A model generated the notes under the pieces. That model ran no database searches and was not told the DNA's origin. It saw nothing but the letters and a program-made list of their open reading frames with translations. This document shows positions 1 to 13,031 of a DNA stretch of 64,000 nt, in pieces (position 1 is the first letter of the stretch; each line of letters begins with the position of its first letter). This DNA is from Phaeosaccion multiseriatum. Lineage: Eukaryota > Protista > Ochrophyta, other classes. The stretch lies in the NCBI GenBank assembly GCA_965112735.1, contig OZ218956.1, positions 2,666,001-2,730,000 on the forward strand, in the 5' to 3' direction. The translations under genes and the position numbers were made by a program.

Positions 1-82
1 AGCCACACATCTTCCTTCTGTTCTAGATGCCGCTCTTCCCTTCTTTCCCCCTTCCCCCTCCGCTCCCGTCCCCCCCTCTTGC

Positions 83-562
83 TCACACCCAGGTCCGCAA
101 CAAACAACCCCTCCTCCTCCTCATCCGCCACCCCCCCCCTCCTGCACTCTCCTCCGTCGCCTTCGCTCTTCCACTTACGTCAATCTCATTGTTAAGAAGC
201 GGACGCTCCTCGTCCGGCCCATTCCCTCCTGACTTCCGGCGATCTACCCACACCACCAGCGAATCCCCCCTGCTCCTACATCTGCTAAAACTGTTGCCGC
301 CAATGCTGCTGCTTCTGCTGCTGCTGCTGATCCCCCTCCCGGCCCCACACCAGCCCCCCCCTGAAGACGCCACGCTCCCCATCGCTCTACTCCTCTTGCC
401 ACTTCCGCTCCTCTGTGCTCCTGCTGCCCCCGCTCCTCCTGATGCTACTGCCCCCAACGAAGGTCCCACCACGAAGGCGGCGCAATGGATGGTGCTGCCC
501 CAAAGTAGAAAGCTGCAGCACGTCGCTACCCAAGTCAAGCGCCGAAGCACACGGGGCGCCAT
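83..562 (-). CDS. First exon of a probable plastid-targeted protein; the gene continues beyond the left edge
   Basis: ATG at 562 gives MAPRVLRRLTWVATCCSFLLWGSTIHCAA-FVV. This is a signal peptide, an ASAFAP-like cleavage motif and a Ser/Arg-rich transit peptide. A GT donor lies near 86-88. The mature domain is not visible. Confidence 0.6.
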   Translation of the reverse strand: MAPRVLRRLTWVATCCSFLLWGSTIHCAAFVVGPSLGAVASGGAGAAGAQRSGSGKRSRAMGSVASSGGGWCGAGRGISSSSRSSSIGGNSFSRCRSRGDSLVVWVDRRKSGGNGPDEERPLLNNEIDVSGRAKATEESAGGGGWRMRRRRGCLLRTWV

Positions 563-928
563 CCTAACAATAAGACCTGGTTGATTCAAGAAGAAGGGAG
601 GTGACCGTTGCAGTGCTCTCCGTGTGTGTGTCATGAACCCATTCGTTCGATCGATAGGTGGCAGTGACCCCGAACTTTCAGCTCATCTCCCTGGTTCAGG
701 GAGCAGGAAAGTCTCTCCTTCTAAAAAAAGGAATCCTATCTCTTCCTTCTCTCCCTTACACCTTCTCTTTCTTCCTCTCCTTCTCCTTCTCTCTGTCTCT
801 GTCATGGGTGCCGCTTGGCTGGTACTCTGACTCTTTTTGGGAGACCCAATGACCTTGTCCACTGGCGAGAGAGTGTAGCCAGAGGAGGAGAAGCAAGACG
901 ACCGAGAGGGAGAGGACCCAGCGGTATA

Positions 929-3900
929 ATGCCTTCGGCACAGCCAAGCAATGGCTTACAGAGCGGGGGAGGAGTCCCCGATGTGTCTTCCACTAATGCG
1001 GACACCGCCGCATCCGTAGCTGCAGCAGGACAAGGATTTGGACCATCTGGAGGAGGAGGAGGAGGAGGAGGAGGAGTGGGACTGCTCGCTCAGATGGACT
1101 CAAACCCCTTCTTCACCGGAGGCTTGGGCCTTGCAGCCATGGGGGTGGCAGCTGGAGTGCTCAGGAGCGCCATGGGCGTCGGCACCGTGCTACTGCGGCG
1201 CCACCTCATGATGACTCTCGAGGTGACCAACAAAGACCCAAGGTAGGGGTAGTGTCGTAGAGTTGATTGGATACAGTTGTTGAGAGAAGTCAATACCCCG
1301 CTCTCGAAGGGCCCCTTCCCCACTCGCACTCGCTGGTGATGCTGTGACGTCAGCAACGTGCTCTCCCGTCTTGTCTTCCCTTCTCCTTCTTACCTCTCTC
1401 ACCCTCTTCTCTCCCCCTCTTCCTCTCCGCTGGTGCCGTTGTCACAACACAACTGGGGCACTAACAGTTTCCCTTGGGTGATGAACTGGCTCACCACACA
1501 AGGCCGCCGCTCGCAGCACTTGAGTGTGAGCACCCGCCTGGTCCAAGAAGCGGATGGAGCGAAGGTGTGTGAGGAAGGAAGGAAGAGAGGGAGGGAAGGC
1601 GCATAAGGAAGTACAAGATCCACCGTCTTCTCTCCTTGCTATTAGAGGGAAACGAGTTAACACCTGTCTAGAATAAAGCGTCACCTTACCTTCCTCCTCC
1701 CCTTTCCTCTCACCCTCCCTCAGGGGCTCCGCTTCGACATGGTGCCTGGGCCTGGCAAGCACCTCATCCCCTTCCGCAACAAGTGGTTCTGGGTGGACCG
1801 CGAGAGGCAGGTGAGTCAGTTTCCGTTGCAGCTACTGTAATTCGTACCGAAGTGTAAAACACACTCAGTGGTGACCCCCCCCCCCCCCCCCTCTCCTCCT
1901 CGGCACACGCACGTAGGTGACCAGTGTGACCCTCGAGAGCGGGGCGCCCTTCGAAAAGCTCGTGCTCACTACGCTCGGTAGAGACCCCTCTGTCTTCGAC
2001 GTCCTTTTGAGAGCGTCTAGAGATTTGGCGTTACAGAAAGACGCTGCGGACACGCTGCGTATCTACACCGCCTGGGGGGCCGACTGGAAGGTGTTTGGCC
2101 ACCCCCGGAAGAAGCGCATACTTTCTTCCGTGGTGCTCGACGACGGAGTGGCGGAGGAACTGCTTGACGACTTGCAGGAGTGGAGGGGGTCCAGCAGGTG
2201 GGGGTTGGTGTGTGTGTATGTGAGTGTGTGGTTACGAGGGAAAGAGAGAGGGACTGTAGATGGATCAGAGCATTGGAGGGAGGGCGCTGCTGCTGCCGCT
2301 GCTGCTGCTGCTAGTGGTGGTGGTGGTGGTGGTGGTGCTTCTCCAGTTTTCTACTGCGGCATGAGAAGAGAAGGACGAGTAGAGATGGCAGCACTGTAGG
2401 CACAGCAGCGTGGGCTTGTAAGAGTCTGTTCCCAGACCGACTCTATGGACCCACGTGCCCACAGCCTAGGCTTTCCTACTCATGGCCTCCTTCCTCTCAC
2501 TCTCTTCCCTCCTTCCCCTCTCCATCACCCCACCCACCCACCCACCCACCCACCCCCGGTCCGATGCTGCAGCTGGTATCACGAGCGAGGGGTGCCCTAC
2601 CGCAGGGGCTACCTCCTGCACGGCCCGCCAGGCAGCGGCAAGACCTCTTTCATTTACGCTCTTGCCGGCTCGCTCGACTACGACATTTGCGTGCTCAGCC
2701 TCAGGTAAAGTAGTGTGTGAGAGATTGTGCTGGAGAGCGAACTGGCTCGGTCCATCGTTTGTTTGTGAGTGAGTGAGTGAGTGAGTGAGTGAGTGAGTAA
2801 GTGAGGCAGTGACAGTTTGCTTCTTCCACTTCCACTTCCACTTTACACCTACTGTATTCATCGAGGGCCATGAAATTGAAAGTGTGGAACCTTTTTCATT
2901 CCCTTTGTTGTTGCTTGCCCTTTTGCTCCATCTTAGCGAGGACGGCATGAGCGACGATCGCCTCGCGCACTCGCTCAGCACTGCCCCGCAACGAAGTATC
3001 ATCCTGCTCGAGGACGTCGATGCGGCGTTTGTGAGTCGGGGGGCGAGTGGGGACTCGAGAAGCAGGGTAACCTTCAGTGGGTTGCTCAACACGCTGGATG
3101 GGGTGGCCTCGAGTGAGGAGCGAATCATATTCATGACCACCAACTTTGTGGAGCGGTTAGACCCAGCCTTGCTCCGGCCGGGGAGGGTGGATGTGAGCAT
3201 GCATCTGGGGGATGCCACGGAAAGTCAGGTGCGCAGACTGTTTCTGCAGTTCTACCCCCCTTCGAAGGAGGAGCAGCAGGCGGGGGAGGGGACGGAGGAG
3301 GAGGATGGGGCGGGGGAGAAGGAGGAGGAGGGGCAGCAGCAGCAGGAGGAGGAGGTGGTGGTGGAGGACGAGAAGTGGTCAGGGGAAGAGCGACTGCTTC
3401 TTGCCGAGGAATTTGCTCGAGCTTTCGACGCCCAGGAGGTAAGTGTTGTGTTTGGGTACAAGGCAAGACGAGGAGAATGCTTAGGTTTGGGGAGGGTGTG
3501 TTGCAGGGAGACTTGTCGGAGGGAGGAGGGAGTCTGTTTGGGACTAAAAGCAATCAACGTCGTCAGTCACCCACTCACTCACTCACCCACCCACCCACCC
3601 ACCCACCCACTCCACCCGCGACCACCACACAACAGACGCGGCCGAGCATGGCTGCGCTGCAAGGCTATCTGCTGCGTTTTAAGACACATCCAAAGAAGGC
3701 AGTGGCCGGGGCAAAGGCCTTCGCCGCCATTGAGGCCTCTGAGCGGAGGCTGAGGGACTCGCATGCGGCTCACAGGGAGGCGACGACTGCTGGTGCTGAG
3801 GGACGAAAGGGGGGGCACGTGGCGGGGGAGGATGGCGGGGGGGGCAAGGGAAAGCGAAGGATCACCGCGTACGAGCTGGATAAGATGATGTTTAACCCTC

Positions 3901-3929
3901 AGCCGGGTTCGGGCTTTGAGAAGCCGTAG
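929..3929 (+). CDS. BCS1: Mitochondrial chaperone BCS1 (AAA ATPase), 7 exons: 929-1242, 1468-1564, 1724-1810, 1917-2197, 2573-2704, 2937-3438, 3636-3929
   Basis: Motifs [49 protein letters not shown] (Walker A), IILLEDVD (Walker B), [25 protein letters not shown] and [14 protein letters not shown] introns join the exons in frame. Confidence 0.95.
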
Positions 3930-4854
3930 TGGGGAGTGTGGTTGGTTGGTGTGGTGTTGCCTCTTGCGGTTGCCCCCGCCCGGCCTCCCACCTGCGCAGT
4001 TGGTGTTGATTTGAAGGAGGAGGGGGGGGGGGTGTGCTCGACTTGGACTTGCGACGCAGCTACCCATAATTGCTGTGCTGTCAAAGGCCGACGCACACAC
4101 AAACTTTTGCTGCTTTTCGCTGCTTTCAGCCTCTTGTTTGGCTTCTCGCCCGTGAGTCTTGCGCCTCCCCCCCCCCCCTCCCGAACAGCACAAGGAGTGA
4201 AGGCGAATATCGCAAGAAAGGGGGTGAGTTCGCTTGTCCGTTCTTCGGGTGTGTGTGTCAAGTCCATGTAAGTGCAGCGGTGCGGTGTGGCGTGGAGCGG
4301 TGCCATGCGGACTGTGGTGACGACATGCTTGTGACATAATACACTCACTGGAGTGCAGGTGCGCGCGCGAGAGAGAGAGAGAGGGAGAGAGAGAGAGAGA
4401 GTGCACGCTTTCGCCTTACTCCACGGAGCAGCAGACACCCACAGGAGAGAGGGGGGGGGGGTGGCACCCAGCCGGGGAGGGTGACGTGAGTCCTGGTGGC
4501 GTTGGGTATACGATATTCGGCCTTGGAGACAGATGAGTTGGGTATGAGTCCCACTTGGGCCACAGGCACGCGCCACCCACCACTCGACCCACATTGGGCC
4601 ACAGGCACATACCAACCACGATGGACCCAGCGCTAGAGAGAGAGGAGGGAAGGGAAGGAATGAGACCTGCGGGGTGTGTCGACAGGAAGGAGGCAAGGGC
4701 GTACCGGGGGGGGGAAGACGAGGTGCCGAGTGGGAGTGGTTCAATGCAATTCACAAGCGTGCCCGTCAAAGAAAGAAGGCCGCGGCGATGTGCCGAATCA
4801 AAGCTTGCTTATTTGTTCCATGCCCACGAGAGGTGCATGGAGGGAGAGAGAGGA

Positions 4855-4908
<54 letters not shown>

Positions 4909-5169
4909 CAGGCGCATGCGAAGGCACACCCAAAGCAAACGGACGGAGAATGCCGGAGGAAGTGAGGTGGGCAAGGGGGCCAGCTCAGAGCCGGCCAGGT
5001 CGACAGGGCCAAGTGACCGATGATTGATGCCCCGCCTTGAGGGCTCAAGGGACAAGTGCTGCCTTTGCCCCTGCGCCTGCCCCATGCAGCACCAAGAGTC
5101 GTTGCGTTGTGGGCCGCAACACGCACACGTACGAACACACACACGCACACACATACAATACACTAGGAC

Positions 5170-5183
5170 ACATAAATACACAT

Positions 5184-5214
<31 letters not shown>

Positions 5215-5325
5215 CATACATACATACATATATACATACATACATACATACATACATACATACATACATACATACATACATACATACATACATACATACA
5301 TACATACATGCATACATACATACAC
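5170..5325. repeat. (TACA)n microsatellite
   Basis: Read directly from the sequence. Confidence 0.95.
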
Positions 5326-5395
5326 ACGCACAAACACACCCCGGTCGCAATAGTGAGGTCAAGTAGTAAATGAAATTGAAAAAAAACAAAAAATC

Positions 5396-8300
5396 TTAGT
5401 GCTTCCATATCTTGATGGTGCGGTCCTTGCTACCCGAGGCCACCGCGGTGCCGTTCGGGGCCCAATCGAGTGCATATACTTCATCGGCATGACCGGGGAG
5501 TGTAGCAACTGCCCTCTTGGGATTCTTTAGCTCCCATAGCTTGACCGTGCTGTCCTTGCTTGCAGACACAAGCATACGGGAGTCGGAAGCCCAGGCTACG
5601 CGGTAAACGGCACCAACGTGACCAGTGAGGGTGGTTGTGAACTTGCCTGTCCGGCCGTCCCATACCTTTGGAAGAGGAGGAGGGGAGGGGGGGGGGAGGA
5701 GAGAGGATGGAGGGGAGGGAAGGGGAGGGAGGCTTGAAATGAGAACTGTCCAAGCCAGACAAGACAGGCAGACAGAGAGACAGACAGGCAGACAGGCAGA
5801 CAGGCAGACAGAGTTGAAGACGGAGGAATACCGCACCCGTTCCTTCCCTTACCTTGACCTTCTTGTCAAAGGAGGCGGAGGCGATGTGCCTCCCGTCGGG
5901 GCTGAAGGCAATGTGATTGACGAGCTGCTGGTGTCCGGTCATGCGAGCTATGGGCTTCTTGTCCTCTGCGGGGCTCCATAGGAAGAGAGTGAAGTCGTCT
6001 GACCCCTGTTTGGTTGGTTGGTTGGTTGATTGATTGGTTGGTTGGTTGGTTGGTTGGTTCATTAGTTGGTTGATTGATTGATTGAGTGTTCGTTGTTAGC
6101 GATGGGTGGTGGTGGAAGTGGCGGTGGAGTTTGATATGACACCAGTAGAGAAGCAGAATCACACACTCACTTACTCCCACTCAACCACCCCACTCCACTC
6201 ACTTCCACGCACTCACCCACTCACCCACCTACCCACCTACCCCACTCCCCTCCCCTCACTCACTCACCGACACGAGCCGCTCTGGCTCCCCTGCCCTTTT
6301 CTCTTGATACCTCTCCTTGGCCGCCTCACTCGCCTCCTCCGCCGAGCCAAAGGCCTTCTTCCCCGTGTGGTCAAAGGCTCCGGTGCGTAGGGCAGCGTCG
6401 GTGGACAGGGCAAGGCTGTTGACACGGTGGCCGTGCCCGGTGAGAGTGCGTACTAAGATACCGAATTTGTTGCCTTCACCGTGGAGTGACCACACCTGCC
6501 AGAGGAGAGGAGGGAGGGAGGGAGGGAGGGAGGAGAGGAGTAAGAGGAAGGAAGTGAGGGAGTGGGGAGGAATAGAGCAAGAAAGCGGGCTCAAGCACCA
6601 TTCAGTCTCGGGTAAGTGTAAGGAAGTGAGGGAGTGGGGAGGAAGGGAGCAAGAAAGCGGGCTCAAGCACCAATCAGTCTCTGCTACACGTAACGCTCCA
6701 TGGTCAATGCCCTCTATTGTGTTGTCCCCACCCCCCTGCCCCTCCCTCCCTCCCTCCCTCCCTCACTCACTCCCTTCCCTCCATCCCTCCCTCCCTCCCT
6801 CCCTCCCTCCCTCCCTCCCTCCCTCCGTGCCCCCCCCCTCACCTTGATGGTTCTATCCCTGGAGCCACTGTAGAGCAATCCCTCCCCCCCCCACTGGATA
6901 CACTCCACAGAGTCCGCGTGACCACTCAGCGACACCAAGCAGCTCCCAGTACGCACATTCCAAATCTATGGGTTATGGGTGTTAGGACAGTCGGGGGGTC
7001 GGTGTCAGGACAGTGAGTGGGTGGATGTCAGGACAGTACGTAGAGTTGCCCACCCATCCGAGGCCCAGCGAACTCGAAGTGCCATCTCTTGCCATCTCCT
7101 GCCATCTCTCACCTTGACGAGAGAGTCTTTGGAGGAGCTTGCAAGCCTCTCACATCCCGCGTTAGAGTGCAGTGGCTCCCATGACAAGGCCGTGATGTGC
7201 TGCTTGTGCGCCACGATCGATCGACCGATCTGGCGAGGCGTCGGGAGGGGAAGGAGGAGGAGGAGGAGGAGGAGGAGGAGGAGGAGGAGGAGGAGGAGGA
7301 GGAGGGGGAGGAAGAGGGTCCATAAACTGCCATCCCATCGCAGTCATCCATCTGGCGCCGGCTGACTCACCTGCTGTCCGGTCAGAGGATCCCAGATGAT
7401 GATGACTCCCTTCTTGTCGGCAGAAGCGAATCGCCTGCACAGGAGACAGCAAGCAGGAGGAGCAGCAGCAACAGCAACACCAATAGGAGAGAGACAAGGG
7501 AGAAGAAGGAAGAGGGAGAAGAGTAGGGGGAGGGGTGGTGGAGGGGGGTGTATGCGTCGCGGGTGAGCAGGAAATTTGGCATACACATTTGTGGAGACGG
7601 TGTGAGTCTCCTTCATCAATTTCGCACCGCTACGCGAGCCCTGTTCTCCCTCTTCTCGCTACCCCCTACTCCTCTTACCGCCACCACATCCCCTCCCCTC
7701 CCCTCCCCTCCCCTCCCCTCCCCTTTCCCTCCCCCCCGCTCCGCTCCTATCCTCTCCCTCCCTCGCTCCCCAACTCACTCACAATCCATCCGGACTCCAT
7801 GCTGTACACAGTACATGATCCCTGTGCCCGGTGCAAGTGAACTTGGGCAAACTGAGGTTGACATCCCAGAAGCGGACGGTGAAGTCACCACCTCCGGAAG
7901 CGAGAGAGGCCCCGTCCGGGCTATAGGAGAGGTGCAGAATTGCTTCCGTGTGCCCCGGCATAGTGTCCGTGCAGCGGGTCACCGGTCGGACTCGGAACAC
8001 CGCCTTGTTCGTGCGTTTGGGGTAAGGTTACGTCAGGTTAGGTTTGGTATTGTTAGATTAGGCTAGGATTTTGTTGGGGAGGGAGAGAGAAAAAGGGGGG
8101 GGGGGGGGGCGAGGAGGAGGGAGAAATGGCACACTTGCCCCGCTCCATAACTCACCAGCGGCTGGTACTCGAGGCTTAACACCTTCTCTGTGGACACTCC
8201 CTGCTCCTCCAGCGACTTTCTGAGCGTGTTCATGACCTCCTGCTCGTTGACGAAAAAGGAGTAGGGGGTGCGCTCCTCCGTTTGCATGAGGGCATTGAGC

Positions 8301-9031
8301 ACCTCTTCCAGCTGGCGAGGGTGATGGTGATACGTAGGGCACAGTGGGGAGGACGGAGGAAGGACAGAGGAAGGGCGGGAGGGTTGAGGCCACAGCCCAG
8401 AGCCAGAGGAGACTCCTGGATGCAGACAACTTTCCCCCCTTCTCTCTCTCTCTCCCTCTCTCCTTTAATACCGATGTATGTACCACGTCGCTCTCTGAGC
8501 TTTTGAGGTGGTGGGAGGGGGCGGCATGCGCTCTCCTGTGCCTACCTGCGCGGGCGTGCTCCCTGTAGGTATATCAATTTGAGGACCTGAAGCCTCTCCC
8601 TGCGTGTTAGTGAACTGGACAATCATGGAGCCGGGAAAGCCGTCTCCTTCTCCGTCGTCATCGCTACCGTCCCCGCTGGCTCCGACAGTCTCGTCCTCAG
8701 CGGGAGGCACCTGGGAATACAGAGTGTGTGAAGGTTGTTTGGTAGAGAGGGGTCAGGAAGGGGACGATGGAGGGAGAGGTCATCACGGAGCCTCACTCCC
8801 ACGGTCAATTGACAACGCTTGTGTAGGCAAGGGCAAGAGGGAGGGAAGGAGAGAGAGAAAAAGAGACGAAGACAGGAGGGCGTACAACAGAGAGCACCAC
8901 AGGAGGACAAAGCCACTAGAGGAGGACAACACCTTTGGGAGGGAGAGAGGGAGAGAGTTTGGCCCGAAGCTACACCAAGACATCACCTTCGAGAGGACTC
9001 CCTCTGTCCGAGGTCGCTTGAACGTGGCCAT
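5396..9031 (-). CDS. NLE1: Notchless/Rsa4 WD40 ribosome-assembly protein, multi-exon
   Basis: N-terminal NLE domain (IVQFTNTQGEASGPQIDIP, PYSFFVNEQE, EKVLSLEYQPL-AVFRVRPVTRC) followed by WD repeats, including SGSDDFTLFLW, KPIARMTGHQQLVNH and LPGHADEVYALDW...SKDRTIKIWKH. Confidence 0.95.
6548..6681. repeat. Two-copy ~62-bp direct repeat (72-nt period) in an NLE1 intron
   Basis: AAGGAAGTGAGGGAGTGGGGAGGAA..GAGCAAGAAAGCGGGCTCAAGCACCA.TCAGTCTC at ~6548 and ~6620. Confidence 0.9.
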
Positions 9032-9437
9032 GGCTACCGTCGAGACAGTGAAAGCAAGGCCCCAAGCTCTGCCACCCCCTCACCCTGTACAGGAGTATGA
9101 GGAGGATACGACTATTTCCCTCGCTCGTTCTGTCTGCTTATAAAGATGGGTGAAGATGCTTGACACAAGGGCCGTGAAAAATCAGGCACCATCAAGTGCC
9201 ATCGGGTAATAGTAACACTTCTCGGGGGGGGAGGGGAGGGGAAATAGGAAATAATGAAGATTTTCTTCGCCCCCCCCCCCCTTCTCTTTAGGGTTTTGAC
9301 TGCTTCTGCCACACGTCCTAATTTGCTGCTTCCAAAAAAATAGAGAAAAAAAAGAGGGGAAGGCTCTCCGTTGTCTTTGTCCACAAAGATCTTTCTCTCG
9401 ATGAGAAACGCAGTAGAGAGGAAAGCAGAGGGGTGTG

Positions 9438-10807
9438 ATGGAAGCTGACGCTGTCTCTCCACAGGAGTTCCGACTCTCCTGCCGAAACCAGATCTTCACG
9501 GGCCAGACGAGTGGCATATGCCCCGGCTTTGCGCAATACAATCTTGTCATTCTGCCCAGGAGGTTTGCCAGCGCCTTTAAGCGCTTTTGCGAGTCCAACC
9601 CGAAGTCCTGCCCCCTGCTTGAGGTACTGGACGGCGATCCCTTCACACGCTTGGTAGCGGACCGAGCAGGTGTGTGGGAAGAAAAGAACAGGAGGAGGGG
9701 GCGAGGGGGAGGCAGACCAGGAGGTAGTTGCTTCCCCGCCTCTCCAGCATCTCTCGATGATGTGGATTGATCGTCACTCGGTCGGGTCGGCCTCTTCGTG
9801 TCTCTCTCTGTTACGCTCTCTCTCTCATCTCTCCCTCTCTCCTTTCTCTCTCTCTCATCTCTCCCTCTCATCTCTCTCTCTCTCTCTCTCTCTCGCTCTC
9901 CCCTCTCTCCCTCCCTCTCTCCCTCCCTCTCTCTCTCCTGTGTTTTACCCCTGAACTCATCGCTCACTTAGACATTCGAAGCGACTTCCCGGCCTACCAA
10001 GTCTATCGCTATGGCGTACCTTGTGAGCGCACCAATGACATACAGAGTCTGTGGGAGGAAGCCAGTAGCAGCAGCACACGAGGAGAACGACGGCAGCAGC
10101 GGCAGCAGCAGCAGGAGCAGCAGCAGCAGGAGCAGCAGCAGCCGCGGCATGAGGAGGAGGGCGGAGGCGGAAAGGAAGATGAGGAGGAGGAAGGAGAAGA
10201 AGAAGTAGGTCTGGTGGGCTTTCTTCTGGGCTGCAGCTTCAGCTTCGAAGAGGCCCTTGAGAAGGAGGATCTGTCCGTGCGCCACTGCGAGCAAGGCGTC
10301 AACGTGCCCATGTTCAAGACAAATATTGCCTGCAGCCCCGTGCCCCCCCACTTTGAGGGAAACATGGTGGTTTCCATGCGTCCTTACCTTCCAAGTCAGG
10401 TGCAGCGGGTCATTCAAGTCACCGAGAGGTTTCCGAGGGTGCATGGCGGACCAGTTCATGTAGGGCCAGCGAGTGCCATCGGTATTGCCGACGTCAGCAA
10501 GCCTGACTACGGAGATGCGGTGACGATGCAGGAGGGAGAGGTGGGTGTGTATTGGGCGTGCGGAGTGACGCCCCAGGCGGTGCTGCTCGGCAATCGGGAC
10601 ATTCCACTGTGCGTGACGCACGCCCCGGGACACATGCTCGTGGGAGACGTGCTCAATGAGGAGTTGGCCGGACTACCAACGCCTCCCGTGGCAGACTCAC
10701 GTTCAGGCTCAGGCTCAGGCTCAGACGAGGCAACAGTTGGCGATACGTTGGCAGTAGATGCGTCATCTCCAGCAGGCGGTGGCGGCGATGGCAGCAGGCG
10801 CTCTTGA
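9438..10807 (+). CDS. DUF1445/UPF0317 putative hydro-lyase (YcsI / D-glutamate cyclase-like), 2 exons: 9438-9669, 9972-10807
   Basis: Motifs TSGICPGFAQYNLVILP, FCESNPKSCPLLEV, DIRSDFPAY, FLLGCSFSFE, NVPMFKTN, MVVSMRP, VHGGPVHVG, YWACGVTPQ and THAPGHM. Confidence 0.92.
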
Positions 10808-11135
10808 CAGCGTGGATAAAAAAATGGACTGGTTGGTTCGAGTTGTCTGAGCATTGGTTACCGGTACCTTCAACTACCGCGGACGAATCCTTTTATCTTC
10901 CTCATACCCCTCTGCGCGCCGTAGCAGGCCAGAGCGAGTCTGGGCGTGTGCATCAATTAATTAATAAAAAAAAACATCACACCACGGAAGAAAGAAGGAA
11001 AGGAAACGGTGGGAAAGTGGAGGTAGGGTACTTGTGCGTCGAGCGACGATGCCCTGGCTACATGAGATGAGGCGGCGGAGGAGAGACGAGAAGAGAGAAG
11101 AAAGACAAAACAGAGCTAGCGAACCAGCAGCATGT

Positions 11136-13031
11136 TTATGCCTTGCTCTTCTTAAGCTTCTCTGCGATGAGCTGCTTGACAATCTTCTGCTCCTCAATCA
11201 GGAAGGCCCGGACGATTCGCTGACGTACGCAGGGGCCACACAATGCTCCGCCGTAGGGGCGGGACACGGTCTTCTCACGCTTCTTCAGTGCTCGGTACTG
11301 CTTTGGGCGAAGGTGCTTGATCTGTTTTGGTTGTGGTCAAGGGTCAAGGGTGACGGGCGGGAGGGGAGAGAAGGAAGAGGGGGGTTGGGGAGGAGAGGAT
11401 GGAGGGGAGAGGGAAGAAAGTGTTGGGGAGGAGAGGAAGGGGGGTTGGGGTCAGCGGCATAGGAGTCCGGTCGGTCGAGGAGCTTCCGGAAGGGCGAACA
11501 GAGCATAAAATGAAAAGAGCAAGAGCAGAGCTGCCCTCGCTGGCGCTGGCTTGGCCGCCTCTCGTGTCGGAAACACCGCAAAGAGCCACTGCTGGTGCCT
11601 CAGATAAACACGCCCCCTTCCTTCTTTTCCTCCTCCTCCTGCAGCAGCAGCAGTTGCTGCTGCTACTACTACTACAGCTGTTCTGCAAAACACGGCGCAA
11701 TACCGGTTGCGACCTGCCCTTGCCTCCTCCTCTGAAACGTAAACACAGCTCCCCAACTCTCCGCCACAGAAGGAGTGAAACACCGCAGAGAGAACGAGAG
11801 ACCGGGCACGATAGTTCTCATCATGGCCAGCGCCATCGAACGCGAAAGCGGCGGAAGGGACTTAGGTCCAACAGTCTCTTGATCCGGCCGTGAAAAAAAA
11901 GTCCCCCCAAGAGAGGGCCGAGCGCAAGCACAGAGAGGGGTGATTTGGACACATCCACACCGCCCTCTCCTCCTCGTGCAGTTGGTGTCGCCGTGCTTCT
12001 TCAGCAAGACGCTGACGAGCAGCAGGTAAGAAAAGTACCGTCAGTCTCACCAGCCCCCCCCCCCTCGCCTCGGCGGGGTATGCACCGCTCCTCCTCCTCC
12101 TCCTCCTCCTGGTTAGGAGGGCGTTTGTATCCAATCACGAGGAACGCCACACATCATCTCGCAACCTCCCAATCAAGCGAGAGCTCCCTCTGTGCACTTG
12201 ATGCAGAGCAGTCCCCCCCCTCTACCCCCTTCCCTTCCCACCAGTGAGCACAGGCGACAGGGCTGTTCGCCGCCTTATCAGTGAGACCCTAGAGTGTGGA
12301 GCACCAGCAATTCCACCTGCAGCGGTGGGCAGAAAAGAAAGGCTTGGGCAAACCCCATGCAGCAAAGGCCCCTCCTAGATGGAAGAATCGCTTGGTCTTG
12401 TGGCAGTTGCACCCAGCCCGCCCCCCCCCCCAGTCGCCCCTGACCACAAAACAGAGAGCCCCAAGTCACGAGCGCATGCACCGGCGCCTCTGGTAGCGTG
12501 GGGTGCAACACTCAGGGATTGCTGACTGCCTCACTGACAGCGCCCTTCCTTCCAAACAACAGCGTGAGAATCTCTGATAATGCACCGTCACAACTGCCGC
12601 TTCCACCCGCCTTCCTCTTCTTTCTCCTCTGCTGCCAATGCCTTTCTCTCACTACTGAGAACACGCCCCACTTCGTAGCAGCCAGCCCCCCCTTTCTTAA
12701 TGTCCCCTACGCCGAAATTCCGGCAGCCAGTAGACGACCACACCGCCTTCATTCCACAACTCTGTTGCTTGGCATGCCACATCCCTATAATACTGAGGAA
12801 CTGAGGGCGACTGACAAGAAGACAGAGAGAAGACAGAGAGAGATTAGACAGAATACTTACCCCTTGGAGAGAGACACTGCAGGCGGGCTCTCCACAGCTG
12901 GGGCCCTTGGCCGCCTTCTTGTGGTAGTGGGCCACCATCTTCCCTCCCGGCGTCTTGACAACCTTAACCCGGTTGGATTTGGTGTTGTAGGCATGACGCC
13001 GGGTGTGCTGGACGCGCAATTCCTTCACCAT
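11136..13031 (-). CDS. RPL34: 60S ribosomal protein L34 (eL34), 2 coding exons: 13031-12861 and 11321-11136
   Basis: MVKELRVQHTRRHAYNTKSNRVKVVKTPGGK...SLQG joins IKHLRPKQYRALKKREKTVSRPYGGALCGPCVRQRIVRAFLIEEQKIVK across a GTAAGT...CAG intron. Confidence 0.97.

Noticed and set aside
3936-5160. Several 100-280 aa ORFs between BCS1 and NLE1
   Set aside because: No recognisable motifs or splice structure. This is convergent 3'-UTR or intergenic DNA with GA repeats.
8018-8070. GGTTA/TTAGG-like tract suggesting an interstitial telomere
   Set aside because: It is short, degenerate and intronic. In sense it reads as CTAAC branch-point-like motifs.
11890-11925. AAAGTCCCC...GAGAG resembling RNase MRP RNA CR-I/P8
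   Set aside because: No downstream CR-V (ACnnnnnGGGGCU) was found at a suitable distance.
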